Of a DNA stretch of 64,000 nucleotides, positions 1 to 9,404 are shown piece by piece. The stretch's first letter is position 1. Each line of letters begins with the position of its first letter. Source of the stretch: Gammaproteobacteria bacterium (lineage in GTDB: Bacteria > Pseudomonadota > Gammaproteobacteria > DAOVJZ01). The notes under the pieces were generated by a model. The model worked only from the letters and a program-made list of their open reading frames with translations, was not told the origin of the DNA and ran no database searches. The DNA is taken from NCBI GenBank assembly GCA_029882995.1, contig JAOUJV010000003.1, positions 373 through 64,372 of the forward strand. Reading direction: 5' to 3'. Made by a program: the position numbers and the translations under genes.

Positions 1-1474
1 GCGCAGCTAAAAACAGCGGCCATGCACTATGCACAATATCATAACCATCACGACGTTCTGCGGCTGGGCTGTTACGCCATGTCCAGATCATGTTCGCAAG
101 TTGTTTCCAGCGGTCATACTCGCTGGCCGGATGGTCTTTTCTATTAACGTGTTGCTGAGTCAAATCAGTCAGATATTCAGGCAGACGTTCATTATATAAG
201 GCATGACGCACATAGAATTCAGAACGCCGACGACGCAGATACCAGCGAATCATGTCGATATTGGCTTCCAGACGCCAATATTTACGACACAGCCGTTGAG
301 TAAAAATGCGCTCCAGCACAAGACGAACCGCAAGATAATCAACCATATCGACTTTTACATCGGTATGCCCTTCATAACCGGGGTGCTGATGACGCCACAG
401 GAACATACCGGACCAGCCTGGCAGTTCCAATGATAATCTTTCAAGATAACTGCCCCAACGGGATTCATCCAGTCCCAATTGCCTTAAAGAAAACTCAATG
501 GTGTCATAAGGATCATCTGTCAGCAGTTCCAGTTCATCACGCCATTCAGGTAAGTCATCAAGTAACCAGCTCAAATCGTGTTCAGCATTTTCCAGCCATG
601 CTTTATAAAAACCCTGTCCTCTTGCATTGCTCTTCCATGCACTGATACCTTGATCAAGGAAATTACCTAGCTGACGAATTAATAACGGACGAATATTCTC
701 CATCACATCTTCGCCAGTGATCGACTTAAGGAAACTCCCCATCGTGTCTTTTATACCAATCAGGGCAAGATGCTCATCCAGTCTGCGCGTGGCTTCTTTA
801 CGCATGAGCAAATGAAGCATAGGTTGTTCACCAAGAGTTTCATCCTCTTCATGATTCAACATCTCTATCATCTTGTCTGCCTGTTCAGTAGACAGATCGG
901 TTAATTCTTCCGGATGCAGAATAAAATGTTCCAGTTCAAGACAACCCAGACAAGCAAGCCAGAGTTCATTAACAGAAGTCGCTTCGTCTTTGCCCGATCT
1001 CTCAAGAAAACGCTGGCGGCTTTCATTGCTGACATCACTATGAAAACGGTTAAACACGTCAAACTCGGCCATTTCCCAGTGAAGCTGACTGGCAGAAGAT
1101 AATGTCAGCACTTTTGTAAAAGCCGTGAGATAAAAATCCCGCTGTATAAGCTTGAGCTGCTCTTTATCCAGCACTGATTTACTGGGCTGCAATGATTCGG
1201 TGTTATTGAAAACATTTACCAGATCTTGCTCGGTAATACGCTTCTGGCTTAATAATTTTCGAAACTCTGATTCAGGCAAAAAACCTTCTGCACCGGTTAT
1301 ATCACGTGCAGCGGCCACTCCCTTCTCAAAAGATAAATGCTGAAAACCGTGTAAGGTGTTGTGATGTACAAAATCACTGATCGGCGCCTGTGCGGGCAAC
1401 ACATGCTCAAAGTGCTGAATCAACTTTGTCAGCATTGCACGCATATCGCCTTTTGCTGTCGAATGCTCTGTCAT
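1..1474 (-). CDS. Large protein truncated by the window edge, translationally coupled (ATGA) to the upstream PF00361-like gene; putative DabA (DUF2309/UPF0753) inorganic-carbon pump subunit
   Basis: The minus-strand ATG at 1472-1474 overlaps the TGA stop of the upstream gene. Hand translation of the N-terminus gives MTEHSTAKGDMRAMLTKLIQHFEHVLPAQAPISDFVHHNTLHGFQHLSFEKGVAAARDITG. No minus-strand stop-delimited ORF is reported in 1-1474, which is consistent with one frame staying open to the window edge. The DabA call rests on gene context (downstream of a PF00361 membrane protein) and on size. Confidence 0.5.
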   Translation of the reverse strand, partial: MTEHSTAKGDMRAMLTKLIQHFEHVLPAQAPISDFVHHNTLHGFQHLSFEKGVAAARDITGAEGFLPESEFRKLLSQKRITEQDLVNVFNNTESLQPSKSVLDKEQLKLIQRDFYLTAFTKVLTLSSASQLHWEMAEFDVFNRFHSDVSNESRQRFLERSGKDEATSVNELWLACLGCLELEHFILHPEELTDLSTEQADKMIEMLNHEEDETLGEQPMLHLLMRKEATRRLDEHLALIGIKDTMGSFLKSITGEDVMENIRPLLIRQLGNFLDQGISAWKSNARGQGFYKAWLENAEHDLSWLLDDLPEWRDELELLTDDPYDTIEFSLRQLGLDESRWGSYLERLSLELPGWSGMFLWRHQHPGYEGHTDVKVDMVDYLAVRLVLERIFTQRLCRKYWRLEANIDMIRWYLRRRRSEFYVRHALYNERLPEYLTDLTQQHVNRKDHPASEYDRWKQLANMIWTWRNSPAAERRDGYDIVHSAWPLFLAA

Positions 1475-2955
1475 CACAATGCTCCCTGACTACCTGCTAT
1501 AAAGAACAGGTTGCTTAATTGTGAAATCGATGTCGACATCAGATTTAATAGCAATGATGGCATGATACCGGGTAATAAAAAGCCTATGGTTAATACCAGT
1601 GCCAGAAACATTTCAGCCGGTTGCAAATCCATCACCACTTTCATCTCTGAACGCACAGGACCGGTAAATAGACGCCCAACCGTACGAATTGCATAAGCTG
1701 CACTGATCAACATACCCACACTTAACAACACGACTACCCATCCCCAGCGTTCAAAACCGCCAATAATGGCATGCAGTTCGGCAATAAAGCCGGCTGTACC
1801 AGGCATACCGACAGCACCAATAAACGCCAGTATGGTAAAAAAGGCAAAACGCGGTGTAGTACGAATCAATGAACTGTAATAACGCACATCTCGCTCATGT
1901 GTACGTTCATACAACAAACCAATCAACAGGAACAAGGCACCGGCTACAAGTCCATGCGCCACCATTTGCATTAATGCGGCAGTCAGTCCTGCGCTATTAA
2001 GTGCAGCAATGCCCAGTAACACTACTCCCATGTGACTAATCGATGAATAAGCGATCATGGCTTTTAAATCGGTTTGACGCCACGCAAGCAAACCGCCATA
2101 GATCAAACTAATCAATGCCAGTGTTGCCAACATGGACTGCAGAACCAGCGCCGCACCCGGCAACATCTCAACCACACGGATCAGGCCATACGCCCCCATC
2201 TTGAGCAAAATACCAGACAATAAAATACTGACCGGGCTTGGCGCCTCTACATGCGCCAGCGGCAACCAGCCATGCATCGGAAAAATTGGCATCTTCACAC
2301 CAAAGCCAACAAGAAAACCAAGGAATATCCAGACTTGTGTGTTTTCTGCTAATAACTTGCCACCCGTATTGAATGCCTCCATCGCAAATGAATGACCGGG
2401 AATCGTATCAAACAATACCAGTAGTGAAATCAGCATGAATACCGAGCCACCCATGGTGTACAACACAAAGTTGAGTGAAGCTGTACTGCGACGCGCCCCG
2501 CCCCAACGATCAATCAGGAAAAACAACGGGATCAGGGTCAGTTCCCAGAACACATAAAACAGCCCCCAGTCTTGCGCCATAAAAACACCCAGTAGCGCAC
2601 TTTCCAGTACCAGCATGAGCAGATAATAACCCTTGGGACTGTCCTTGATATTATGTGATGCCACAATCGCCACAAAACACAGCAAGGTTGCGAGCAAAAC
2701 CATCGGAAATGAAAAGCCATCAATACCCACAGCATAGGAAGTACCCAGACGCGGGTTCCATGGCACATATTCACTAAACTGCATACCGGTGAGACCGGTA
2801 TCAAATGAAGAGAACAGACTCCATGCTACTGCCAGTGCTACTACGGAGGTCAAAATAGCAATCGTACGAATCTGGGCATGATAACGCCCCGGCATCAGTG
2901 AAATTAACACTGCACCAGTCAGCGGAACCAACAGTAGTATTGTCAGAATACCCAT
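1474..2955 (-). CDS. Proton-translocating NuoL/M/N-MrpD family membrane subunit (PF00361-like); putative DabB
   Basis: 493-aa polytopic membrane protein with NuoM/N-like conserved blocks (WLPLAHVEAPSPVSILLSGILLKMGAYGLIR). No other complex I genes are adjacent. It is coupled to a large downstream ORF. Confidence 0.75.
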   Translation of the reverse strand: MGILTILLLVPLTGAVLISLMPGRYHAQIRTIAILTSVVALAVAWSLFSSFDTGLTGMQFSEYVPWNPRLGTSYAVGIDGFSFPMVLLATLLCFVAIVASHNIKDSPKGYYLLMLVLESALLGVFMAQDWGLFYVFWELTLIPLFFLIDRWGGARRSTASLNFVLYTMGGSVFMLISLLVLFDTIPGHSFAMEAFNTGGKLLAENTQVWIFLGFLVGFGVKMPIFPMHGWLPLAHVEAPSPVSILLSGILLKMGAYGLIRVVEMLPGAALVLQSMLATLALISLIYGGLLAWRQTDLKAMIAYSSISHMGVVLLGIAALNSAGLTAALMQMVAHGLVAGALFLLIGLLYERTHERDVRYYSSLIRTTPRFAFFTILAFIGAVGMPGTAGFIAELHAIIGGFERWGWVVVLLSVGMLISAAYAIRTVGRLFTGPVRSEMKVVMDLQPAEMFLALVLTIGFLLPGIMPSLLLNLMSTSISQLSNLFFIAGSQGAL

Positions 2956-3178
2956 TTATAGAAGCCACAATAGAAGGATAAAGGGGAAAAGCCAGATAAT
3001 TAGCCAAAAATCACCGGTAACCCTTTGAAAGATATGGATTCTATCATGTTTTAGAAATCAGGTCTCGCGGAAAATGTGGGAAAAACAGTGAATAATTAGA
3101 GCGACGGGTTTTCCGGTCTCGTACGTTATATAGTCAAGTCCGGCTCAAACCGGTTCATAACAAACACAGGAGCACATT

Positions 3179-3793
3179 ATGTCTACAAAACCCACCCTCA
3201 CCTTCGCCTTACTGGTTGGTCTTGTCAGCAGTACCAGTCTGCTGGCTGATGATAATAAAGACCGTTTTATGTCTCGCTTTGATACCAATAATGATGGTCT
3301 CATCACACAGGATGAATTTAATCAGAAATCAGAAGAACGATTTAATCGTATGGACAAGGATCACGATGGCCTTGTTAATCAGAACGAATTTAGAGAATAT
3401 GCCAAATCACGCCGCCATAACCGTTCCATGCAATTCATGGATAAAGACAAAGATGGCAAGGTCACACGCGATGAATTCTTCTCTGCACAGCAAGAACGTA
3501 TTGAACGTAAATTCAGAAAAATGGATCGAAACAATGACAATGTACTTACCGAAGATGAGCTGAAAAAATCAAAACATGACAAAGGCAAGAAATTCAGCAG
3601 CATCTTCAAAAAAATGGATAAAAATGAAGATGGCAATGTTACCCGACAGGAAAGCCAGCAATCATGGAATAACTGGTTCCAACGCATGGATAAAAACAAG
3701 GATGGTTCAGTAACACGTGAAGAAGCCATTACCGCACGCAAGGAAAGACACAGGGAACATCGTAAAGACCGAGACGACGACAGGGACGATTAA
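3179..3793 (+). CDS. Secreted EF-hand calcium-binding protein with six canonical EF-loops
   Basis: Signal peptide (MSTKPTLTFALLVGLVSSTSLLA). Six 12-residue DxDxDG...E loops: DTNNDGLITQDE, DKDHDGLVNQNE, DKDKDGKVTRDE, DRNNDNVLTEDE, DKNEDGNVTRQE and DKNKDGSVTREE. Acidic C-terminal tail. Shine-Dalgarno-like aggag upstream. Confidence 0.85.
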   Translation: MSTKPTLTFALLVGLVSSTSLLADDNKDRFMSRFDTNNDGLITQDEFNQKSEERFNRMDKDHDGLVNQNEFREYAKSRRHNRSMQFMDKDKDGKVTRDEFFSAQQERIERKFRKMDRNNDNVLTEDELKKSKHDKGKKFSSIFKKMDKNEDGNVTRQESQQSWNNWFQRMDKNKDGSVTREEAITARKERHREHRKDRDDDRDD

Positions 3794-3795
3794 CT

Positions 3796-4368
3796 TTGAA
3801 TATTGAAGTCAGTGATGAACAACTGGTGGCATTGATTGGTAAAGGTGACAAACAGGCCTTCAACCAGTTTCTGACTCGACACCTGAAAACCATGCTGAGT
3901 TTTGCAACACGATACACAGGAAAGCACGATGCGGAAGACATTACACAGGAAACCTTTACCCGACTCTGGATGCATGCCGGCAAATGGAAAAATCAGGGGC
4001 TATCACCCAGAAGCTGGCTTTATCGCATCAGCTACAACCTGTGTATTGATCACTTGCGTAAACAACGCAATACAGGCAATGACAATGTGGTTGAACTCCA
4101 TACAACATCACGAGACGAACCTGAACAGCAGATTATTCAACATGCAGAACAAGGTGCAGTACAACATGTACTTGAATCATTACCCGAACGACAACGCACT
4201 GCTCTTGTTCTCTGCATGTGGCAAGGACTTTCCAATAAGGAAGCCGCTGCCAGTATGGACATCAGTATCGAGGCGCTGGAGTCCCTGCTTTCACGCGCAC
4301 GGCGAACCCTTAAAAAACAACTACTGGAACAACAAACAGACACAAAGGAACTGAAACATGAATCATGA
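3796..4368 (+). CDS. ECF-type RNA polymerase sigma-70 factor (TTG start in the ORF track; the true start may differ)
   Basis: Sigma-70 region 2 and region 4 features (DAEDITQETFTRLW, LSNKEAAASMDISIEALESLLSRARRTL), about 190 aa. It starts 3 nt after the stop of the EF-hand gene. Confidence 0.85.
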   Translation: MNIEVSDEQLVALIGKGDKQAFNQFLTRHLKTMLSFATRYTGKHDAEDITQETFTRLWMHAGKWKNQGLSPRSWLYRISYNLCIDHLRKQRNTGNDNVVELHTTSRDEPEQQIIQHAEQGAVQHVLESLPERQRTALVLCMWQGLSNKEAAASMDISIEALESLLSRARRTLKKQLLEQQTDTKELKHES

Positions 4369-4831
4369 ACGCGTAAAAACCCTGATTGATTGTTATGGTG
4401 CCGATGCCGAACGCTGGCCACAGGAGGAAATGGAAGCCGCCATCATGTTGATTGATAACTCACCTGAATTAATTGCCTATCAGGATGATGCACGTGCGCT
4501 CGACAAACTGATTAACAACCAAAATATTCAGGATGATATCGATACCCATGCCCTTGCCAGCCGTATTATGGATAGCCTCCCGCAACAGGAACAAACCAGA
4601 TCAGTCAAGGCACCCTATTTTGCCTTTGCTTCTGCTGCAACTGTCGCACTGATCTTTGTCAGCACCTGGTTACTGCAACCGGTGACTATGGAAGCACCCT
4701 TTGTAGAAATAAATAACATTGCACAAACTGAATTTGAAGAATGGGCCTGGGAAGAAACCCTCGACCAGACCCCATTGACCCTGGCAGAAAACAATGAACC
4801 TGCTGATGAATGGTCATTTATGGAAATATAA
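4358..4831 (+). CDS. Putative membrane-anchored anti-sigma factor
   Basis: Overlaps the sigma gene by ATGA. 157 aa with a single transmembrane segment (APYFAFASAATVALIFVSTWLL), a cytoplasmic N-terminal domain and an acidic periplasmic tail. This is the typical position of a cognate anti-sigma. Confidence 0.6.
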   Translation: MNHERVKTLIDCYGADAERWPQEEMEAAIMLIDNSPELIAYQDDARALDKLINNQNIQDDIDTHALASRIMDSLPQQEQTRSVKAPYFAFASAATVALIFVSTWLLQPVTMEAPFVEINNIAQTEFEEWAWEETLDQTPLTLAENNEPADEWSFMEI

Positions 4832-4859
4832 CCAACACACTAACATGGGAGACAATAAT

Positions 4860-5204
4860 ATGAAGAAACGAAAACTCACCACTGTATTCGCCACCCTGCT
4901 TGGACTGGGTATCGTCACAACCGGCACTGCCTATGCCCATAGCCACGATTATGACAGACATGATCGCTATGAGCACCGTGAAATGCACAAGGAAATGAAA
5001 CATGAACGTGCGCACTATCGGGAATATGAAAAATGGAAAAAATACCGTAACAAACATGCACGTTATCATCGTCATGACAAGTATTGCAGGCACAATGAGC
5101 GCCATGATAATCATGACTACCACGATACTGGCCATAATAGAAATAATTCAGATGATAACTGGCATGTTCGGATAGTGCTGGATAGAAGCTGGTTGCAGAT
5201 GTAG
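4860..5204 (+). CDS. Small secreted histidine-rich low-complexity protein
   Basis: ATG at 4860 is preceded by gggagac. Signal peptide MKKRKLTTVFATLLGLGIVTTGTAYA. The mature region is extremely rich in His, Arg, Tyr, Asp, Glu and Lys (HSHDYDRHDRYEHREMHKEMKHERAHYREYEKW...RYHRHDKYCRHNERHDNHDYHDTGH). The longer ORF from 4794 is rejected as the start. Confidence 0.7.
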   Translation: MKKRKLTTVFATLLGLGIVTTGTAYAHSHDYDRHDRYEHREMHKEMKHERAHYREYEKWKKYRNKHARYHRHDKYCRHNERHDNHDYHDTGHNRNNSDDNWHVRIVLDRSWLQM

Positions 5205-5529
5205 GAATTAAATTACAGGTTATTTTAAAAATTCTGTTATTTCGACTGAGGAATAATATGAAGAATAGAGAAATCTAAAAAAATCGGAGCAATTGGTGCA
5301 ACAAGATGAATATGATTGACTACATTCGTCTGGAAAAAACTGCAACATGCAAGGGCTAAAAGGAAGTTAGCAGTGAACGAAACACATCACCATCCTCTGT
5401 TGCCACCAATTTTAATGCTCCTGACCAGGACCACCTGGCTGTTTAGAATTGTATTCAATACAATCTGATTCCGGAATGTGACATATTGTCGCAGTATTGG
5501 AATTTATTCAGAAATGGAACAGCTTTATT

Positions 5530-5997
5530 CTACTGCGCCTTCCACTGTTTTAATGCGACGGGATTGAGTACGCCTGTTACTGCGCGCCGTTGGTGTCTGG
5601 CATTAAACAGGTAACTGCGCGGCAATTCTCCATACCAGTTGGGGTCAATTTCATAACGTAACTGTTGTGCTATACCGTTATCAAACACCCATGCATTGAC
5701 ATGGTTAAGTTTAAATTCTTTCAGTCTGGTTTTTATTTCATCCATATTGTCCGGACTGTCTGTTGAAATAACGACCAGTGCCAGTTTCGGTTGTTGTGTT
5801 AGCAAATCTCCCAACATTGCCAGTTCCTTGTAACAAGGAGGGCAATCCAGTGACCAGAATACCAGCATAAATGACTGTTTGTGATGTTGCTCAAGAATTT
5901 GAGCATAACTGCCCATCCGAAGAATCTTGACTGGCTGTTCGGCCATTGCCTGAAATCCGATGCTCAATAATATCAGCAGGAGCAATCTTCTTGTCAT
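5530..5997 (-). CDS. Periplasmic thioredoxin-fold redoxin (TlpA/ResA-like thiol:disulfide oxidoreductase)
   Basis: Signal peptide plus the CxxC motif WSLDCPPCYKE in a thioredoxin-like context. Only 2 nt downstream of the BNR gene. Confidence 0.75.
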   Translation of the reverse strand: MTRRLLLLILLSIGFQAMAEQPVKILRMGSYAQILEQHHKQSFMLVFWSLDCPPCYKELAMLGDLLTQQPKLALVVISTDSPDNMDEIKTRLKEFKLNHVNAWVFDNGIAQQLRYEIDPNWYGELPRSYLFNARHQRRAVTGVLNPVALKQWKAQ

Positions 5998-5999
5998 GA

Positions 6000-7247
6000 T
6001 TAGTACCCTTCAAGCGGAAACAATTGATAATCCTGACCAAGACGATGCCACACGGAATAGACGTTCTTATTATCTGCAATCAACAAAGGGTGATCTGAAC
6101 CCCCTGCCGTTTTTGCAATTATATGCGGAGTTGACCATGATTTACCGGCATCAGATGAACGCATCATGAAAAGTATTGATTGCTTGCCATCAAACTCCTT
6201 CCATGCAAGAAAAATATTATCCCCTTTGCTTAGTACCTGAGGGTGTGCTGCCTGTGCATTGTAATTACCAAAACTCAATGGTTCGGAAAAACTTTTCCCC
6301 TGATCATCTGTACGTGCATAGAACAAACCATGACGTTGCGGTGCATTATTAAACCAGGCCAGATGATAGCTTCCATTTTTTGAGATCGAGATATCAGGCC
6401 CATGATGTGGACAGGCATCAACCTGCCAATTATCATAACTGACGCGTTGTACCTTTCCAGCCTGCGTCTGGTTATCAAACTTCACTAAAGCATGATCACG
6501 GATGTTGTCTCCGAATATGTGGCGCCAGACAATGACTGGCAGTTGATCATTATCTATTGCCATCACGACACGACAACACTGACAACTGTAATCAATCACT
6601 TTTTTATTTTTACTGAAGGATTTTCCACCATCAGTTGAAACAGCATAATAAAGTGCCGCCCCATTATAGGCCTTGCCCTCCTTTTTTGCCTTTAACAGGT
6701 CGCGTTTGTCGAGCCAGGCTATATAAATATCACCACGTTCGTTTACAGCCATTGCATCAAACCGGTGACTGGTAACTACTTTATGATCATTCACCGTCAC
6801 GGGATCAAAAAAATGCTTGCCATTATCTGCTGAATAGCTGAAACGAATATGACCACTGAAACGTTGTTCCAGTTTTTGGGTCCATGAAACATAAATCCGC
6901 CCACGGTTCCCAATTACAATTTTTGGTCTGTTCTCCCCCATTGCATAGATTTGCTCAGGAACTGTGTTGACTGCCACCGGCAAGCTGTAACTCTTGCCTT
7001 TATCATCTGAATAATTGACATAAACATGATTGCCGAACTCCCAGGCAACCCATAACCTGCCATTATCATCAAACACAGCACTCGGGGCATTGGCGCATCG
7101 GAGTGACGGCAAGGCATCCTGCTTATCACATTCAGAATGCACGGTAGCGGCATGATGATGCTGATGTTCCTGCTTTGCCGCTTCCACAGTGCCAGTCAGA
7201 CCAAACCAGATAAAAAATATCTGAACCAGTAATAACACTTTATACAT
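6000..7247 (-). CDS. Secreted BNR/Asp-box repeat beta-propeller protein (sialidase-like fold)
   Basis: Signal peptide, then a His-rich stretch (QEHQHHHAATVHSEC). At least five S-x-D-x-G-x-S/T-W/F/Y Asp-box repeats: SDDKGKSY, SADNGKHF, STDGGKSF, TDDQGKSF and SSDAGKSW. Cys motifs CQCC and CPHH. Confidence 0.75.
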   Translation of the reverse strand: MYKVLLLVQIFFIWFGLTGTVEAAKQEHQHHHAATVHSECDKQDALPSLRCANAPSAVFDDNGRLWVAWEFGNHVYVNYSDDKGKSYSLPVAVNTVPEQIYAMGENRPKIVIGNRGRIYVSWTQKLEQRFSGHIRFSYSADNGKHFFDPVTVNDHKVVTSHRFDAMAVNERGDIYIAWLDKRDLLKAKKEGKAYNGAALYYAVSTDGGKSFSKNKKVIDYSCQCCRVVMAIDNDQLPVIVWRHIFGDNIRDHALVKFDNQTQAGKVQRVSYDNWQVDACPHHGPDISISKNGSYHLAWFNNAPQRHGLFYARTDDQGKSFSEPLSFGNYNAQAAHPQVLSKGDNIFLAWKEFDGKQSILFMMRSSDAGKSWSTPHIIAKTAGGSDHPLLIADNKNVYSVWHRLGQDYQLFPLEGY

Positions 7248-7262
7248 ATTTGGTTTCCGTTA

Positions 7263-9341
7263 CTATTTGAACTTGTAATTTAAACCAACATAGACGGTAC
7301 GTTCCATACCGGGGGCATATTCAAAATCACCTGATGAAGTATACTCAGCAGAAGTTGCATAGCGCTCATCTGTAATATTCATTACACGACCATAAAGCTC
7401 AACTTGTTTAGTTAACGGATAATTACCTCGCAAATGAAATAGATCATGACCGCTATATTTGTAGTCATTAGCATCATTCATCCAGTAACTGCCCAGGCTT
7501 TCCCATTCCAGCTCAATTTTTCCTCCCTTAAATGCGGCCGGGCGGTAATTAAGTCGTGTATTTGCTACCAGGCGTGGTGCCGATTTCATTTCATTTCCAC
7601 TATAGTCAACTCCATCTTCCGGATTCCAGTCTTCATAAGTATGCTTAGCATAGGAAAACGCAATATCCAGATCTAGTCGCTTGTTTAGCGGTGCACCAAG
7701 TGCAATTTCAATACCACGATGCAATGTTTCACCCGCATTCATAGATTCACGAGATTTATCTGCATATACATAAGTAATAATATCATCATCCTTGGTCATA
7801 TGATAAAGCGAGACTTCATACTTGAATTGGTTCGCTGTCTTACCACGCAGACCAATTTCAAAACTGTCTATTTTGACAGGCTCAAGACTCACAGTATCGT
7901 TGGATTTTCCGGGACGGAATAATTGTCCTTCTGATGGCACACGGAAAGAATGGCGGTACGATGCAAAACCATTCAGGTTTTTATTAAATATGTAAGTAGC
8001 ACCCAGTTTTGGACTCAAATGTGAGAAATCCACTTTTGTATCCGAGGGATGTTTATAGGTTGCCGGAAATGTCATGCTAGTTGGATTCAGTACAATATTG
8101 GCATCACTCAGGTTGTTGTCATAATCATATTCAATATGATCGTAACGCAAACCGCCAGTCAGTCGCAGTTTTTCACTGAGCGAGGTTTCAACATGCACAT
8201 AAGGAGAAACCCCTGTAAAACTGACATCATAATCATAAATAGTCTCTTTCAATACATAGGATGTATAGATATTGCCAACCTTGGTGGCATCAATACTCTT
8301 TTCCAGCCTGCTGCCAGGGCTGTAATCAATATCCATGCCGGTTATTACACGAGTACGCATGGGTTTAATGTCATAACGGTACTTCAGCATTAAACCAAGC
8401 GATTCATTCTCCGTCTCGGATATTTGCGGGTCATAGGTAAATGACCAGTTTGGCATATACTCCATTCTGTTGTTTCTGTAATAAGGTGTAATGCTCAGCA
8501 GTGAATTAGCTGTTTCCTTTTCCCATGATGTCGACAGACGCAGTGCTTGTACTTCACGGTAGGATATAGGCGTGTAATTGGCTGTTGGATTGTTTTCATA
8601 ATCTTCTTTTAGCAAACGTGAACTACCTGCCGTTGTTTGATCAATATTGGACGTACTTAATACGGTCTTCAGCGTAGCACCACTATGCATAAAACGATCC
8701 CAGCGCAAGGTTACGCCCTGTCGATCATAATCCGTAGCATCACGCCAGCCATCAGTATGTGTCAGATTGAGGTCAGCACGAAAACCATCCGTGTCATTAC
8801 TGTCACCACCTGTTAATAATATGCGGCTCCAGCCATTCTCACCTGCCTCAACATTTATAGAAGCCTCGGCTTCAGTGGGTGATGGACGTGTCATAACATT
8901 AACGACACCACCAATGGCGTCACTGCCATACAGGGCTGTGCCTGGCCCCTTGTTTACTTCGATACCACCTGATTGTGGTATATTCACTTCATACAAGGCA
9001 TTATGATTGAAAAATCCGGTAGAACGCGTCGGGATGCCGTCTTCCAGATAAAGATATAAAGGTGATGTAGATAATGGCTGGCGAATAGCGGTCATGTGTC
9101 CTTCACCACCAGTCACATTAATATGGACGCCGGGAATACGGCTCATAATCTCGGATGGATGTGACGGACGCACGTCTTCAACCTCTTTGCTGTCAACAAC
9201 ACCCACAGTGGCCGGTGTTTCTGCCTTGAGTGTTTTTTCACGTGTGCCTGTTACTGTTATCTCTCCGAGTTCAGTTTCTACCGCTACTGCTCCGAATGAC
9301 ATCATAGTCAAAACAGCAGCGGTGATTTTTTTGTAATACAT
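7263..9341 (-). CDS. TonB-dependent outer-membrane receptor
   Basis: 692 aa with a signal peptide, a plug domain, a long beta-barrel with aromatic-rich strands and a C-terminal ...YVGLNYKFK. Confidence 0.85.
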   Translation of the reverse strand: MYYKKITAAVLTMMSFGAVAVETELGEITVTGTREKTLKAETPATVGVVDSKEVEDVRPSHPSEIMSRIPGVHINVTGGEGHMTAIRQPLSTSPLYLYLEDGIPTRSTGFFNHNALYEVNIPQSGGIEVNKGPGTALYGSDAIGGVVNVMTRPSPTEAEASINVEAGENGWSRILLTGGDSNDTDGFRADLNLTHTDGWRDATDYDRQGVTLRWDRFMHSGATLKTVLSTSNIDQTTAGSSRLLKEDYENNPTANYTPISYREVQALRLSTSWEKETANSLLSITPYYRNNRMEYMPNWSFTYDPQISETENESLGLMLKYRYDIKPMRTRVITGMDIDYSPGSRLEKSIDATKVGNIYTSYVLKETIYDYDVSFTGVSPYVHVETSLSEKLRLTGGLRYDHIEYDYDNNLSDANIVLNPTSMTFPATYKHPSDTKVDFSHLSPKLGATYIFNKNLNGFASYRHSFRVPSEGQLFRPGKSNDTVSLEPVKIDSFEIGLRGKTANQFKYEVSLYHMTKDDDIITYVYADKSRESMNAGETLHRGIEIALGAPLNKRLDLDIAFSYAKHTYEDWNPEDGVDYSGNEMKSAPRLVANTRLNYRPAAFKGGKIELEWESLGSYWMNDANDYKYSGHDLFHLRGNYPLTKQVELYGRVMNITDERYATSAEYTSSGDFEYAPGMERTVYVGLNYKFK

Positions 9342-9404
9342 TACTACTCCCCTTTACGTATATTAATAACTTCCATTAAATAATCAGGAATGATCTTTCC
9401 ATGA

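Noticed and set aside
203-1343. Four plus-strand ORFs (203-433, 430-645, 914-1102, 1152-1343)
   Set aside because: They are antisense to the long open minus-strand frame (DabA-like), which is translationally coupled to the upstream gene. They are short, have no ribosome-binding sites and are not compositionally protein-like.
4794-4859. Extended N-terminus (MNLLMNGHLWKYNQHTNMGDNN) of the His-rich protein ORF
   Set aside because: It overlaps the anti-sigma gene 3' end. The internal ATG at 4860 has a proper Shine-Dalgarno sequence and gives a canonical signal peptide.
3796-9341. Interpreting the ECF sigma, anti-sigma and nearby TBDR as a FecIRA-type cell-surface signalling system
   Set aside because: The anti-sigma is only 157 aa and lacks a FecR periplasmic domain. 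The TBDR is on the opposite strand, about 2.4 kb away, and has no N-terminal signalling extension.
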